From Amoebidium appalachense (taxonomy: Eukaryota > Protista > Ichthyosporea), in contig CAVNZM010000001.1 in the NCBI GenBank assembly GCA_963693365.1, forward strand, positions 5,348,907 to 5,412,906: a stretch of 64,000 nt of DNA. The letters run 5' to 3'. A model generated the notes under the pieces. It was given only the letters and a program-made list of their open reading frames with translations, was not told the DNA's origin and did no database searches. Below are positions 44,382-64,000 of the stretch, piece after piece; position 1 is the stretch's first letter; the number at the start of each line of letters is the position of its first letter. A program made the translations under genes and the position numbers.

Positions 44382-45295
44382 AGGCCGGGAGCACCGAGCA
44401 ACCCACAGCAGACGGCCGAGGAGTTCACGGTAGGGGACGGTGGTGGGCAGGGAGGAGAGGGATTCTTCGTTGATGATGATGGTGCCCACGGGATTGGGGG
44501 TGGATTTTGGGCTTGGCATCGACCAGGTTGAAGTCGTTGATGATGTCCTGGATGTAGAAAGCCGGCAATAGCTTGTCAATGAGGGATCCTGGGGTGTGTA
44601 GCAGCTGGGTGCCAAGGAAGATGTCAGGCAGGTCGATCTTGCACTCGGCAGACTTCATGATGTGGTCAACGAGCTGCTTGACCAGGCCGGATCGACGGGT
44701 GCAGGTAATGATGACATCATCGACATAGTTGCCTGATCGGATGATGTCCCTGTTGGGGAATATCACTCGCGTATACACACGGGTCGGAACGGAGACGTGT
44801 GAGGCCATGGGCAATGCGGATGGAGTCGAAGAAATGGTACCATGCCAGGGAGGCCTGCTTGAGTCCGTAGAGGGCCTTCTTGAGTTTCCAGACTTGTGTT
44901 CGTTGCCGGGGAGGATGATACCAGGAGGCTGCTCAATGTACAAAGTCTCGTCGAGGGGGCTGTTGAGGAAGGCCGTGCTGATGCCGAGTTGATGGATCTC
45001 GTGATCCTGCTGCACATCGAGGGCAAGCAGGGCACGGACGGAGGACGACATGACAACAGGAGAGGAGTTGTCACCGTAGTCAACACCGTAGACTTGGGTG
45101 AAACCCTTGGCCACACCACGACCCTTGATCTTGGTGTCACCAGCAGAGTTGAGCAACTTCTCCGTGACAATCCACTTGAGTCCGACTCGGATGATGTTGG
45201 CATCGGAGGGGGGTTCAACCACGTCGAAGATGTCCTTGTCGATGAAGGCCTTGTACTCGGCAGTGAGGGCAGCAACCACGTCACCACCCTTAGGG
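44382..45295 (-). pseudogene. Older degenerate copia RT fragment, continued at about 38430-38502
   Basis: KGRGVAKGFTQVYGVDY, STAFLNSPLDETLYIEQPPG, YVDD and PYRELLGRLLWVARCSR with frameshifts. The reading resumes as PDISYAIGYLGRF across the younger element. Confidence 0.9.
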
Positions 45296-45343
45296 CCGGA
45301 GCACAGCTTTTTTTCTTCTTTTCTTTTCTTTTTTTTTTTTTTT

Positions 45344-45395
<52 letters not shown>

Positions 45396-45526
45396 ACACC
45401 GCACCCACTACACTTATTATTAGTGGACACAGAGGGAAGAGGCAGGGGAACCAGGGCAGGGAATATTCAGTTCACCGTGTTGACTGCTGCCCCTCTTCTT
45501 ACCCCCACTCCAAACCCATGATTTGA

Positions 45527-45571
<45 letters not shown>

Positions 45572-46507
45572 CCTGTACCCCAAGCCGGTGGGCCACAAAA
45601 AGAAAGGATTTCAAAGAATGAAAGAAAGAATTTGAAAAAGAAAAGAAAAGAAAGGTATCCCAGAAAAAGGGCCCCGGAGATTCGTGCGTGTGTGTGCGCA
45701 TGCACGTGCGTGCGTGTGTGGATGTGGTTCTCGGTTATAACAACGAGGCCGGCAGCCCAGAGCTTTTCCGAACCAGACCCCACCACGGTACCCCCGGTTT
45801 TTATATAACACATGCTCGGCACTGGTGGGACCACATATCGACCCGGGTAGGAAGAACTGATCCGAGTAAAGCACATAGCTAATACTTTTAGATATAGAGT
45901 TCAACACACACTTCGTGACCTCTTCAGTAGGCCTTCAATAGATAAACACCTTAGGCACCTGAGGTATCATGAATCACGATCACAAACCTTACATTCATAC
46001 TATCACAAACATGAACAAATTATTCAGTAATAAGTCATCATTGCATGAATTCATGTGCAGGCATCTCGTTCCACCCGTAGCTACCTGCCTTGGTAAGTGC
46101 AACAAAATGGCAGCATATGTGGGTTTCCTGACTCCTACCACTATTACAGAAAAAAGGCTAGTATACCACATTTCAATTCGATTCCAATCTAGCCATTAAT
46201 CTAAAAATAAAGACCTGATGGTCTCTAGTGGCACTGCACCTAGAGCCACGATTAACGTTCACCTGACTACGTTTACTCTGGCAATTCTGGCAATGAAATT
46301 GGCGCCCTTGCTTAGACCTTTATGCTACAGCCATCCTGTTTGTGTGTGCCTTTAGCCATCGTGGTGCTAAAGAGGACACCCACGTGCATCTACGTGCATA
46401 CACCTTCTAAAGGCAAGAGAAGGTAACACAAGACACTCATTCTAATCACAGATCATTCAAGTAGATGCCCATCATAATATCACAGCAGTCTCAATATATA
46501 GCAACAC

Positions 46508-53806
<7,299 letters not shown>

Positions 53807-54883
53807 CTGCAACAAAACGTCGAAGGCTTAACAGGGGTTTCTCAACTGAGATCACGAGCAATAGCTGCTAGGAACACAAAGTTCATATTCGGATGCAAAT
53901 GCAGTGTGCAAGATGCAGTGGGCAGACATAAATTGTCAAGAAATTAAGTGCAGGCAGCTTTATAAATCACTTATTTAAGTGAAAGAGTCAAAACGTGCTC
54001 CGTCTCACTGTAACGAACATAAAAGCAGAAGCAAATTTAGGAGTGAAAGAAACATCACCGTATATGGTACCCATACAAGATCCACAAACCGATGTACACT
54101 CACAGACACCCATTCACACATACGCACCACGTACAGGCATACAGAAGCCCCCTCGCACAATCTTGCACACGCTACAATGAACGAACACTAAAAAACACGC
54201 ACAAGCAATCAGGCTCCGCACCCGCACACGCACACACACACCTGCAGACATACAATAAGAGTACGAGCTTGTGATCAGATCTGAAACGTCTTGGGACTTT
54301 AAATTCAACTTACAAGCCCCGGTGCGAAGCTTCAGCGCGGTCTAAAACAGGTAACGGCCTACCAAGTTCTGGCAAAGGCACCCACATGCCATAGTATGCA
54401 AAAAAGCGTGCACGAAGCAGAATGGAGCCCTCCTTTGGAGAATCTACACGCACCGAGTTATATGGGCATCGGGTCTTACCTCCCGAATGAGCTCATCCTG
54501 TGAAGGGGAGGAACCACCATAAAACCAGTTGTACATTCTTGAGCTAGAGTTTGTGCTCTCAGCAATCTATCATATAAAAAAAGGATGAACAAAGCTGGAA
54601 CATCACCAAAACACCAAAACATCCAACGCTGATGAAACACGCGTGCACGGAAGAGGAAATGAACAAGGGAAGATCTCAAATTGAATAGGGGGTTTACGCT
54701 GTTTACTCGAGGCAAAGAGAACCAGTCTCAGGTATGGGGGGGGGGGTTTTGCTCGGAATATCCCCTCAGCGGTATATCATGATCACGTACATAGATGTCG
54801 GGTGGTGACTATATATCAGGGTTTACTTTCTCTACGAGACACCATAAAGACTACAAGGAGAAATCAATTAGTTGGGGTTCCCC

Positions 54884-54884
<1 letters not shown>

Positions 54885-54926
<42 letters not shown>

Positions 54927-54958
54927 GGGCTCCCCTCGGGACACTCGGTATCAGCTGG

Positions 54959-55009
<51 letters not shown>

Positions 55010-56260
55010 TGTGTGTGTGTGCGCGTGCGCTATAATTTTGTAGTGATGTGTTTCTCAAGCCAATCAATACATCTAATAAACAGGTCGTAGTTACGCGTGT
55101 TTAGTATAAAATCAAGGATGTTGTAATTTACAGGTAGGCTATCTTTCTGGGTGTCTGTTGTGAATGTGACGTGTGTGTGTTGCGGTATTATGTGGTCTAT
55201 CAAACTACATTTGGCGATACATGACCGGTTAAACTGGTGTGTGTGTGTGTTGTTTGGGCATGCAAATGATGCCACCTTATACTTATTAGATCTCCACTGT
55301 ATAGCACGTGTACAGTAAAAGCGTGGTAATTGATCAATAATACCATCAGCTAGAGAAAGACCAGTTCTACAGGAAGGTAATATGTATTTAGGTGTTATAC
55401 ACTTGCGAGTGCCATATTTGGCAATATGGTTGCGGCGGTCAGTATATATAAAACGAGACATAAGGCTTAGTTTTTCAAGGTGTATGCTTTCATCGGGTCT
55501 AGTGTCGTGTGGTATCTTTTTCCATTTGTTATATTGCGTGATTATCTTGTGATTGTGTACATGTTTAATAAGTAAGTGGCAGTCCAAAGTCACACACACA
55601 CTATTGCGGGGTTTATTTGTATTTGTGCCCAGGGGAGAAGGGGAGAGAGAGGGGAGGAAAGAGGGGAGAGGTGAGGAGGGGACAGGTCGGATAGAGAAGA
55701 GAGGGTGGGAGGGCAAATACTTCTTTAAGCGGCTTATGTGCTTATTGAATTTCAGCGCGAGATAGGATACTCTAGCAGCTATTGGGACCAGACCATATAT
55801 CGAGAGCGTTACAGGCCCAGGTTTACAACAGTTGTTAGATAGAAAGGAGGCAACTTCTGCTTCAAGGAAATTTGCCAAGGGTTTAAGCGCTCTAGTTCTC
55901 TCTTTCTTGATCCAAGCGGCGAGAAGGGGTAATATATCATGACGTCATGGCTATTTGCATGCTAGGAAGAGTTGTGATTGGTGGTCTATTTTTGTACCTG
56001 GAGCACGGCAACTCGATTTCATTTTTCGGAATTCCGATTTCCAAAAGAGGGTCTACTGTTTTGGAAAAATTATGTAAACAGAAGTTGTATGCCTGTACGT
56101 GAAAGAGGTTTCCTTTTTCGACGTAGTACAAGAGGAACTTTGTTTAGTAAACAACAATGTAAAGCTCATAGGTCTCCCTCCCTTCCCCTCCAGATCTAGA
56201 GAATAATTTTGCAAAAAGGCCAAACTGCAGTTCGATGATTCAATTGAAGAGCACACTACA
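54885..56260 (-). mobile_element. Decayed, 5'-truncated non-LTR retrotransposon 3' end
   Basis: AT-rich intronless ORF 55030-55878 ending in a Cys/His cluster (CPNNTHTHQFNRSC...NILDFILN), with broken frames upstream. It is followed on the - strand by (CA)n, a short unique stretch and an about 38-nt poly(A) (T run at 54885-54922). No RT catalytic core seen. Confidence 0.5.
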
Positions 56261-57397
56261 GCATTAATACTTTGCTTGGGACAGTTTTAAAAAAAAACAA
56301 CCTTATATCTCCACATACGATGTCTATCTGATACGTTATATCTCCACATAAAAATCTGTATGATGCAAGTGTAACATCGATTTGTACATGTATATCTTGT
56401 ATTGTTGGGTGGAAGTACTGTTGGCCTTGGTGCCGACATCTCTGAGTCATCACAGCTCACCTACATGTCGTTAATAAACAGCACATTCCCCCCCCAATAA
56501 GTATACAAACTAAATGCAGATAATTTTTTCACAAAAACATAGTTACTCTTGCAAGAGCAGAATTCTATACTCAGCAAAAAGAAGAATCGTTCCGTATAAA
56601 AAGCAGAAATATTCTTGGCTGAGACGGAAATATTCTGCAGCTTCAACCTGAGCATGCCAGTGCACGTGCCCGGCCTGCCCCAAGCCTCATCAGTGAGATA
56701 TCACTGACGTCGTGAAAGTCACACACGAGCTCGATCGAGTCAATATTTGTTGTGGGTGGGCAACGCACTTTCGGGAGATGAACACAAAATTGTGCTTTAT
56801 TCCTGTGTCAAATGGACCAGGTTGTGCGTGTTAAAAACTTTAATGAAATAGCATGAGCTCATACTCGTGCTCTGTATGTATTTATTATCACATGATTTTA
56901 CTGATAACTATATATGGCTCAATTCAATCGCCTATCAGAAATACATTTGGCCCTCCACGGCCAGCGCAGAGAACACCTTAAAGCGTGTTTCCGTGAGACG
57001 GATCAACTTTTAAACTGGGTCATTATAAATTTTAACTAACAACAACCATCGGAGATTCAATCACCATGGCCTCTCAGTGATATCTTCCAGTCCCAGGACC
57101 GATCCATTGACCACCGGTTTCTAAAACTACCTGTAGTAGGTATTAGACGAATGCACGTGCATGAACCACATGATTTGACCCGATCGCAATAGGGCTGGGC
57201 ATCCAGTTTCTAACTTTGATTAATCATACGGTAGGGGGTTGGGGGAGGGGTGGGGGGGGGAGGGGGGGAATAGAGAGAGGACGGGGGGGGGGGGGGGGGG
57301 GGGGGGGGGAGAGAGAGAGAGGTGGGGGGAGGGGAGAGGGGAGGGAGCGGAGGGGAACGGGAGATGTTAAAACCTAGATAGACTCTCGGAGGCGGGT

Positions 57398-57811
57398 CTA
57401 TTCCCACAGAATAAAGACAAGATAGACGATGCCCTCAGCCAGCAGGCCAAAGAGGAAGACAATGGGGCCTGTGCGCTTGATAAACTCACCCTCCCCAATG
57501 TGGTTGAGGTTCATCACGGCACGCGCTGTTGGTTTTGGGTGAAAAAATGTCGGTTAGTTGACGGGTAAATCGAATTCGAAACGTGCTCACCTTATGTACA
57601 GTGAATGAGCGAGATGGGTAATTAAACAGGTGTTGCAGCTTGTAACTCACCGTTGAAGATCCCTTGTAACATTTCTGTAACTAAGGTCAACTGGAAAGTA
57701 TGGCCATGAGCCGAGGTTGTGCCGAGCTCTCGGAAGTTGTCGTAAACCAGGATAAAAGCCCAAAAAAAGGAGACTACATTTCACATCATTGATCTATCGA
57801 CCTCCCCACCT

Positions 57812-57854
<43 letters not shown>

Positions 57855-58227
57855 AGGGTTTGGAAGAAGGGAACATATACCATTGATGATGTTTGCCATG
57901 CAGATGGCATTGCCCATGGTTGCACCTGCAGCCTGCAGAGCCAGCATGCTGGTAGCAGAGACACCAATGCTCTCTGCCGCTACTAGTTGCACCTGCCCAA
58001 ACGTCAAATTCGATACAGTCGTGCTGCCGGAGAAAAACGAGCCCAAGGCACCAATATATGTGGAGAGAAGAATCCACCACGACCCAACCACCCCACTGAC
58101 AATCGAGCCGATGAGATAGGCAGGCGACCCGTAGCCACCGTTGCGGATGAGACTGGGGGGTTGGGTGGTGGGGTGGGTGGTTGGGGATGGTGCACGGAGG
58201 GATGTGGAAGGGGTGTTTGCGTGTGTG

Positions 58228-58281
<54 letters not shown>

Positions 58282-58338
58282 ACGTGCAAAAATGTGTTTA
58301 TCGATGTATGTTTGTGTGCGCATGTGTGCTCTTGTTTG

Positions 58339-58435
<97 letters not shown>

Positions 58436-59036
58436 CGCATGTGTAGGTGGTGGTGGTGGTGGTAGTGGTGGTGGTGGTGGGTGGGTGGGTGGGTGCGGGG
58501 GGTAGGGGGGGGGGGAGGGGGGGTTTGAATGCGGAACACGGTACGAAGTACGCATACACGACGAGAAGCATGGTGCAGGACACATGCAAAGGCAAACATT
58601 CAAGTATGCAACATCAGCCATGCGCACAGTATGCACAGTAAGGGGGATGAGTAAGGGAGCCATACCGTACAACTCGTGAGATTCATAATCAATTTATAGC
58701 GAACACTTAAAACCCGTGCCAGATTTTTTCAGTTTGTTATGCAGTTGCGCAAGCAAAGGTTCGGATCCGATCAAGACTCTTTCTTTCCCTAAAGCGTGCT
58801 TTTTTCCATTATTCAGTAACGGTAATTTATCATCTCTGCATCAAGAACACCTGCTGTTACCATGTATGTATTTTGAGGTTGAATATGTGTATTGTGGTGA
58901 AAACGGAGGGGTACCTTTGTATGTGTATGTGTGTGTGTGTGTGGTGGTGGTGGGGGGGGGGGGGGGGGGGGGGGGGGCGAGGGGGTGCATGTGCATATGC
59001 ATGTGTGCGCATGTGCGTGCGTGCGTGCGTGTGTGC

Positions 59037-59102
<66 letters not shown>

Positions 59103-59110
59103 GCGTGTGC

Positions 59111-59151
<41 letters not shown>

Positions 59152-60112
59152 CGTGTGTGTGTTTTGGGGTGTTGAGGGAGCGTTTTATACCTGACAAGAA
59201 CCATAGCCCCCATCAAAGAAATTGCCGGGTTTGCGAGGCGTTGGAAAGTCTCCTTGAACAAACGTAGAGGATTGATGTCCAGGTCTTTGTAGTGGATCAC
59301 CATGGTAACCAGAGAAACAAGAACAAACGGAACAAGGGCGGGGGTATAGAGCATCTCGTAAACCCACTCGACGTCTTTGTCCGTCATGATATCCTGTGTG
59401 GAAAATGGTATAAAATGGTTTGTGTGAGTGATGTGTTGGGGATTACTTTTGGTTGGGAGAAAAAAAGAGATGTGTGGACGGGATATTGGAAGTAAATAGC
59501 TGATGGGATTTCTCCTCTGTTGCAGGTGGCGTTCGAGGTGCATGCGTATATGCAAGGGAAAGGGTTGTGGTTAGCGAAGGGAAAAATTCACGAGGAAAAA
59601 TGAGTAAGGTGAGTAGGAAGCCTGTTTGTACGACGTTTACCCACGGCACTTGGTAGGAATGTGCTTTTCAACGTGATGCTAATAAGAAGATCTGTTCCCC
59701 TCCGATGCAGGCCGCGCACACCAAGTCACCCATTACCATGGGGCTAGGCAAGCCCCAGCCATGCTTGTGTTTGTGTGAGTACATATGTTTCTTTTTATTC
59801 ATTTCCCATTTTTCTTTCTCTCCCTCCCCCCCCCCCCCCCTCTCCCCTCCCCTCCCCCCCCCAAACACACACACGCGCGCGCACACACTCACCCCCTCCA
59901 CTCATTTATCTATTATTACAGTAATTTGTTGTGGGTGAGCAGGTGGGCGGGTGGATTGGTGAGCAAGGCCCGCAAGTGTGGAAAGGGAGGGAAAGAGGGG
60001 GAGAAGGAGGAGCGGCTTTAGAATGCGTCACAGAGGGCAGTACACATTGACGATAGTCAAAACAATGTAGAAGCTGCAAAGGGGGGTAGGGGGTGGGGGG
60101 GGAGGGGGCGCC

Positions 60113-60143
<31 letters not shown>

Positions 60144-60186
60144 TAACGTGTGTGTGTGTGTGCGTGTGTGTGTGTGTGTGCGTGTG

Positions 60187-60219
<33 letters not shown>

Positions 60220-60826
60220 CTGTGTGTGTGTGTTCACATGCAACCGCACACGATGGTGGTGGGGTGGTGGAGTGGTGCCGGCGTGTGTGAGCATGTGCAT
60301 GTGCATATGTGTGTGTGTGATGTGTGTGTGTCTTGGGTAAGTGGGGGTGGGGAGGGGGGGGGGGAGGAGTCTGTATCCAGCAACTCACATGGAAGTAGAA
60401 GACCAGTGCAGCGCTGATCTCCAGCACACCGAGTGACTGCAGGGGCAGTACCAGTGCTGGGCTTCTAGTGCGCAGCATGGACTTGAGTCCGATTGGCTGG
60501 ATACGGGTCAACACCAGGAGGAGTACGGTTGCAGTAAGCGGGAATGTACGCAAGAGCAGTGCCCCTATGTACCTACCGCCTGTCTCCCGAGGCCCGGTGT
60601 CTACTTCCTCTTGGATGCCTTGGTTATCGGCAATGGAGTGTTCGATCTCATCTGATGACTCCTTCTCTTTATTTTCCATCTGCATGGGGGATAATATGTA
60701 AGAGATGGTGTAAAGGGCATTTTGACAGCAGTTCAGGATGAAATTGGTGTGCATTCTAATAACAGCGGCTGATAAAGAGCTGCTTCAATACAGTATCTTT
60801 GTGTGTGTGTACGTGTGTACGTGTGT

Positions 60827-60903
<77 letters not shown>

Positions 60904-61305
60904 GTGGTGGTGGTGGGGGGGTGGAGGGTTGGGGGGAGGGGGAGGGGGGGGGGGGAGGGGGGGGTGGGGAGGTAGGTGCAGCTCCTGCGGATCGAGCAAG
61001 GTCTACAACGCATCGTCTTCCCCCCAGGGCATCATACGAGCCCGTTCTGGTCAAACCGAATATGATTTATGATTAGGGGTTTGGACTGTGGCCCCCTAGC
61101 TCAAGGGGTCCAGAGGATTTGGCTCATCCCCGTGGCCCCTGGTGGAAGGGCGAGAAATGGGGGGGGGGGGGGGGGGGGGGAGGGGACGTTGAAGCAATGA
61201 CTTTCGAGGGAAAAAAGAAAGAAGGGAAAGAAAAGAAAGAAAAAAGCCAAAGGAATCTTGCAGGTCCAAGACTTGGGCAGAGACCATCCACTTGGGTAGG
61301 GGTAA

Positions 61306-61356
<51 letters not shown>

Positions 61357-62251
61357 TAAATGTGTTAGAGAGCACGAAGTACACAGTCATGAAGGACAAC
61401 ACAATGAAATTTCTGCAAGAAAGACACAAAGAAGTAGAATATACGTCATAAGCAGAGTCCGCAGGTGGGTGGGTTGGTAAATGGGTGGGTGGGTAGGTTG
61501 TGGTGGTGGTGGTGGTGGTGGGGGTGGGGTGGGGGGGGGGGGGTGGATGGCTTTGCCACCCCAAAAGCATGGGTTCTGACTTTTAGAGCCTCCCACATAT
61601 GCTTCCAAACTCATCCGATTGCTTCAACTGCCATACACATCTAAAACCGGTGGTTGGTTGGGTGGGTGGGTGGATTGATGGGTGGCTGGGTGGTTTTTTT
61701 GTTTTTGTTTTTTTTAGGGGTGTGTGTGTGTTTTGGGGGGGGGGGGGGGGGGGGGGGGGAGGGGGGGGGGAGGGGGGAGGGGGGTAAATACGGGAACAAT
61801 GGCCACATCGGATGCGCCTGGTTCCCCAGACACCTGCGCCTCTGCCTCAGGATCATACGGCCTTAGACCAACACGGAACCGAATCAACAGCCCTGTGCCT
61901 GCTATGCCGACCATACCACCAACAATCGAACCAAACTCATAAGAAAACATGGATATGCCGATGGCTGGGCCCACGGTGACTGCTATGGACAGAAGAATGA
62001 AGATGATGTTCTTGAAAATTAGCTGCCACTTGACTAGGATGAGCAACTGCGGGGGGGTGGGGGGGGGTGGGGGGGGGGGGTTAGGGGGGTGGAGAATGGG
62101 GGTGGAGGGGAGGGGGGGGGGGGGGGGGGGAGAGGGGGAAGTGGGGGGGAGGGGAAGGGGGGGGGGGGGGGGGGGGGGATGGGTCAGTGAGGAAACTCAA
62201 GAAGTTGGAGAGGCCGGCGTGGGGGAGAGGGGTAGGGTGGGTTGTGTGTGT

Positions 62252-62300
<49 letters not shown>

Positions 62301-62368
62301 GTAATGCCAGAGCACTGAGTACAAGCACAAGCCGATGAAAGATAGCATTGGGGACGTGTACACTCCCT

Positions 62369-62412
<44 letters not shown>

Positions 62413-62806
62413 ACCCGTTTTTTTTCTTTTCTTTTTTTTTTTTTTTTTTTTTTTTTTTTGTGGGGGGGGGGGGGGGGGGGGAGAGGGGGGGGGGGGGGGG
62501 GGGGGGGGTTGTAGTTGTGCTAGTGTTTGGAAAAGGAAAAGGGAATGAACTCGATTGTAGGTAAGTTAACTGGTGGTGGTGGCGAGGAAAAAAGTACGGG
62601 GGTTGGTATAAAGAATGATAAATAGAAAACATGTCGCAGAGCATGCCTAACGGAAACATAAATCTGAACAAACACAAGAGCATGCAACATCAGCAACGGA
62701 ACACCCACAGGTGGTTGTCCAATGCATCGACACCAATTCAAGTTTCAACCCGTTCGTTCCCCTTTCCTGATAGACCAACTCGGTCACAGTTTCATCTGGA
62801 CCCCCC

Positions 62807-62854
<48 letters not shown>

Positions 62855-63858
62855 CTGTGTGTGTGTCTGTGTGTGTGTGAGTGAGTGTGTGCGCGCACGT
62901 GTGTGTGTGTGTCTGCACGCTCATCTGTTTGTGTGCGTTTGTGTGTGTGTATGTGTATGTGTGTGTAGAGGAGGGGAGGAGGAGGGAGGGGGGGGGGGGG
63001 GGGGGGGGGTGAGGGGGGTACTTACAGTTAGGGGCACAACAATGAAAGCAACAAGGCCCACAGTCAGGCATGCCTTAAAGCCGGCCTGAAGAAGCTCATC
63101 GTCCGTAAGGTTAAGGGAGCCAAACCCGAACCAGATGGGGGTGCCCACAGCCCCAAATACGGTAGCAAGGGTGTTGGTGAGGAGACACAAAGTCATAGTT
63201 TCCATTTTTGGATGTCCCAATTCCGCAAGCATGGGAGCGGCAAGAGCCACGGGGGTACCGAAGCCACTGGCGCCTTCCACCATGTAGGCAAAGGCCCAGC
63301 CAATCAGCATGATCTGAAGGGAACCAAATTAGGCAAGATGCAGAGGAGTGTAAAGTCCAAGAAAATTTACGTGAAGTAGTCAACAAAATAAAGCGGAAGT
63401 AATTCGGTAAGCAGGGAGAACACAGGAGCATGCTACAGGGGGTGATAACCACAGATATTACAGCCGGTGTGTTCGAATGCCTAAGTCTAAGTTAGCGGAT
63501 GACCGGGGGAGGGGGGGGGGGGAGGGGGGAGGGGGGAAGGGGGGGAAGGTTGAAAGGGGTGTGAAGAAAGCACTTGTAGGTATCGATACACAATAATAGC
63601 ACCTCATATTACACAGCAGAAACACGGGGACAGGCTATTTTGAGGAGGGAGGGGGGGGGGGGGGAGGGGGGGGGGGGAGGGAGGAAGGAGTGGGCGGGTG
63701 GGTGGCTGGCGGGGGAAAGAGGGGGGGGGGGGGGGGGGGGGTAATGAATGTGACGAACCTCTGCAATGGGGTGTCCTTTGCTGAGCAGTTTGAGCTCCCG
63801 CATCATCCACGGCATACACTTGGTGTGGCCCATCGTCTCAAACAGAATGATGGCCCCC
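57398..63858 (-). CDS. L-lactate permease (LctP family); 5' exons outside the window
   Basis: Exons 63759-63858 (GAIILFETM), 63026-63313 ([25 protein letters not shown]...[11 protein letters not shown]), 61792-62046, 60389-60679 (LVLTRI), 59191-59393, 57881-58152 ([16 protein letters not shown]...GNAIC) and 57398-57525. GT-AG boundaries with consistent phases. Confidence 0.92.
58524..58634 (-). mobile_element. Family 2 element 3'-terminal fragment in a lactate permease intron
   Basis: Near-identical to 11070-11180 and abuts a poly-C run at its 3' end. Confidence 0.85.
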
Positions 63859-64000
63859 CTGTAGGGCACATCGGATATGGTGAGCACGTGCCCACAAATG
63901 AACTATAGTGAACCGTGAAAAAAAAAAAAAAGGGGGGGGGGGGGGGGGGGGGGGGAGGACCCAAAAGAGGATAAGCGAAAGGGGAACCCATAACAGTTGT

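Overview
Intron-rich eukaryotic genomic DNA, probably from a unicellular opisthokont (inference only). Introns are packed with poly-G/poly-C, (CA)n and (GA)n tracts, which generate most of the listed ORFs as noise. Host genes: a multi-exon AVL9 gene (- strand, about 3.1-22.8 kb) with an intronic tRNA-Arg(CCT), an ABHD4/5-like alpha/beta hydrolase (-), an L-lactate permease (-, 5' end outside the window), and a small intronless ORF with a PP1-docking motif. Mobile DNA: a frameshifted Penelope-like (Naiad/Chlamys-type) RT and many short related element ends abutting poly-C runs; a MITE; a spliced DDE transposase-like gene with an inserted WRN-type exonuclease; an intact young Ty1/copia element (765-bp LTRs, AGGCC TSD) nested in an older copia; and a decayed non-LTR 3' end with a poly(A) tail. 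The top candidate novelty is a roughly 160-nt RNA fold shared by two divergent families of these repeats. It has strand-specific G-U pairs, compensatory changes, a kink-turn and a long-range pseudoknot, and it is not a hammerhead.
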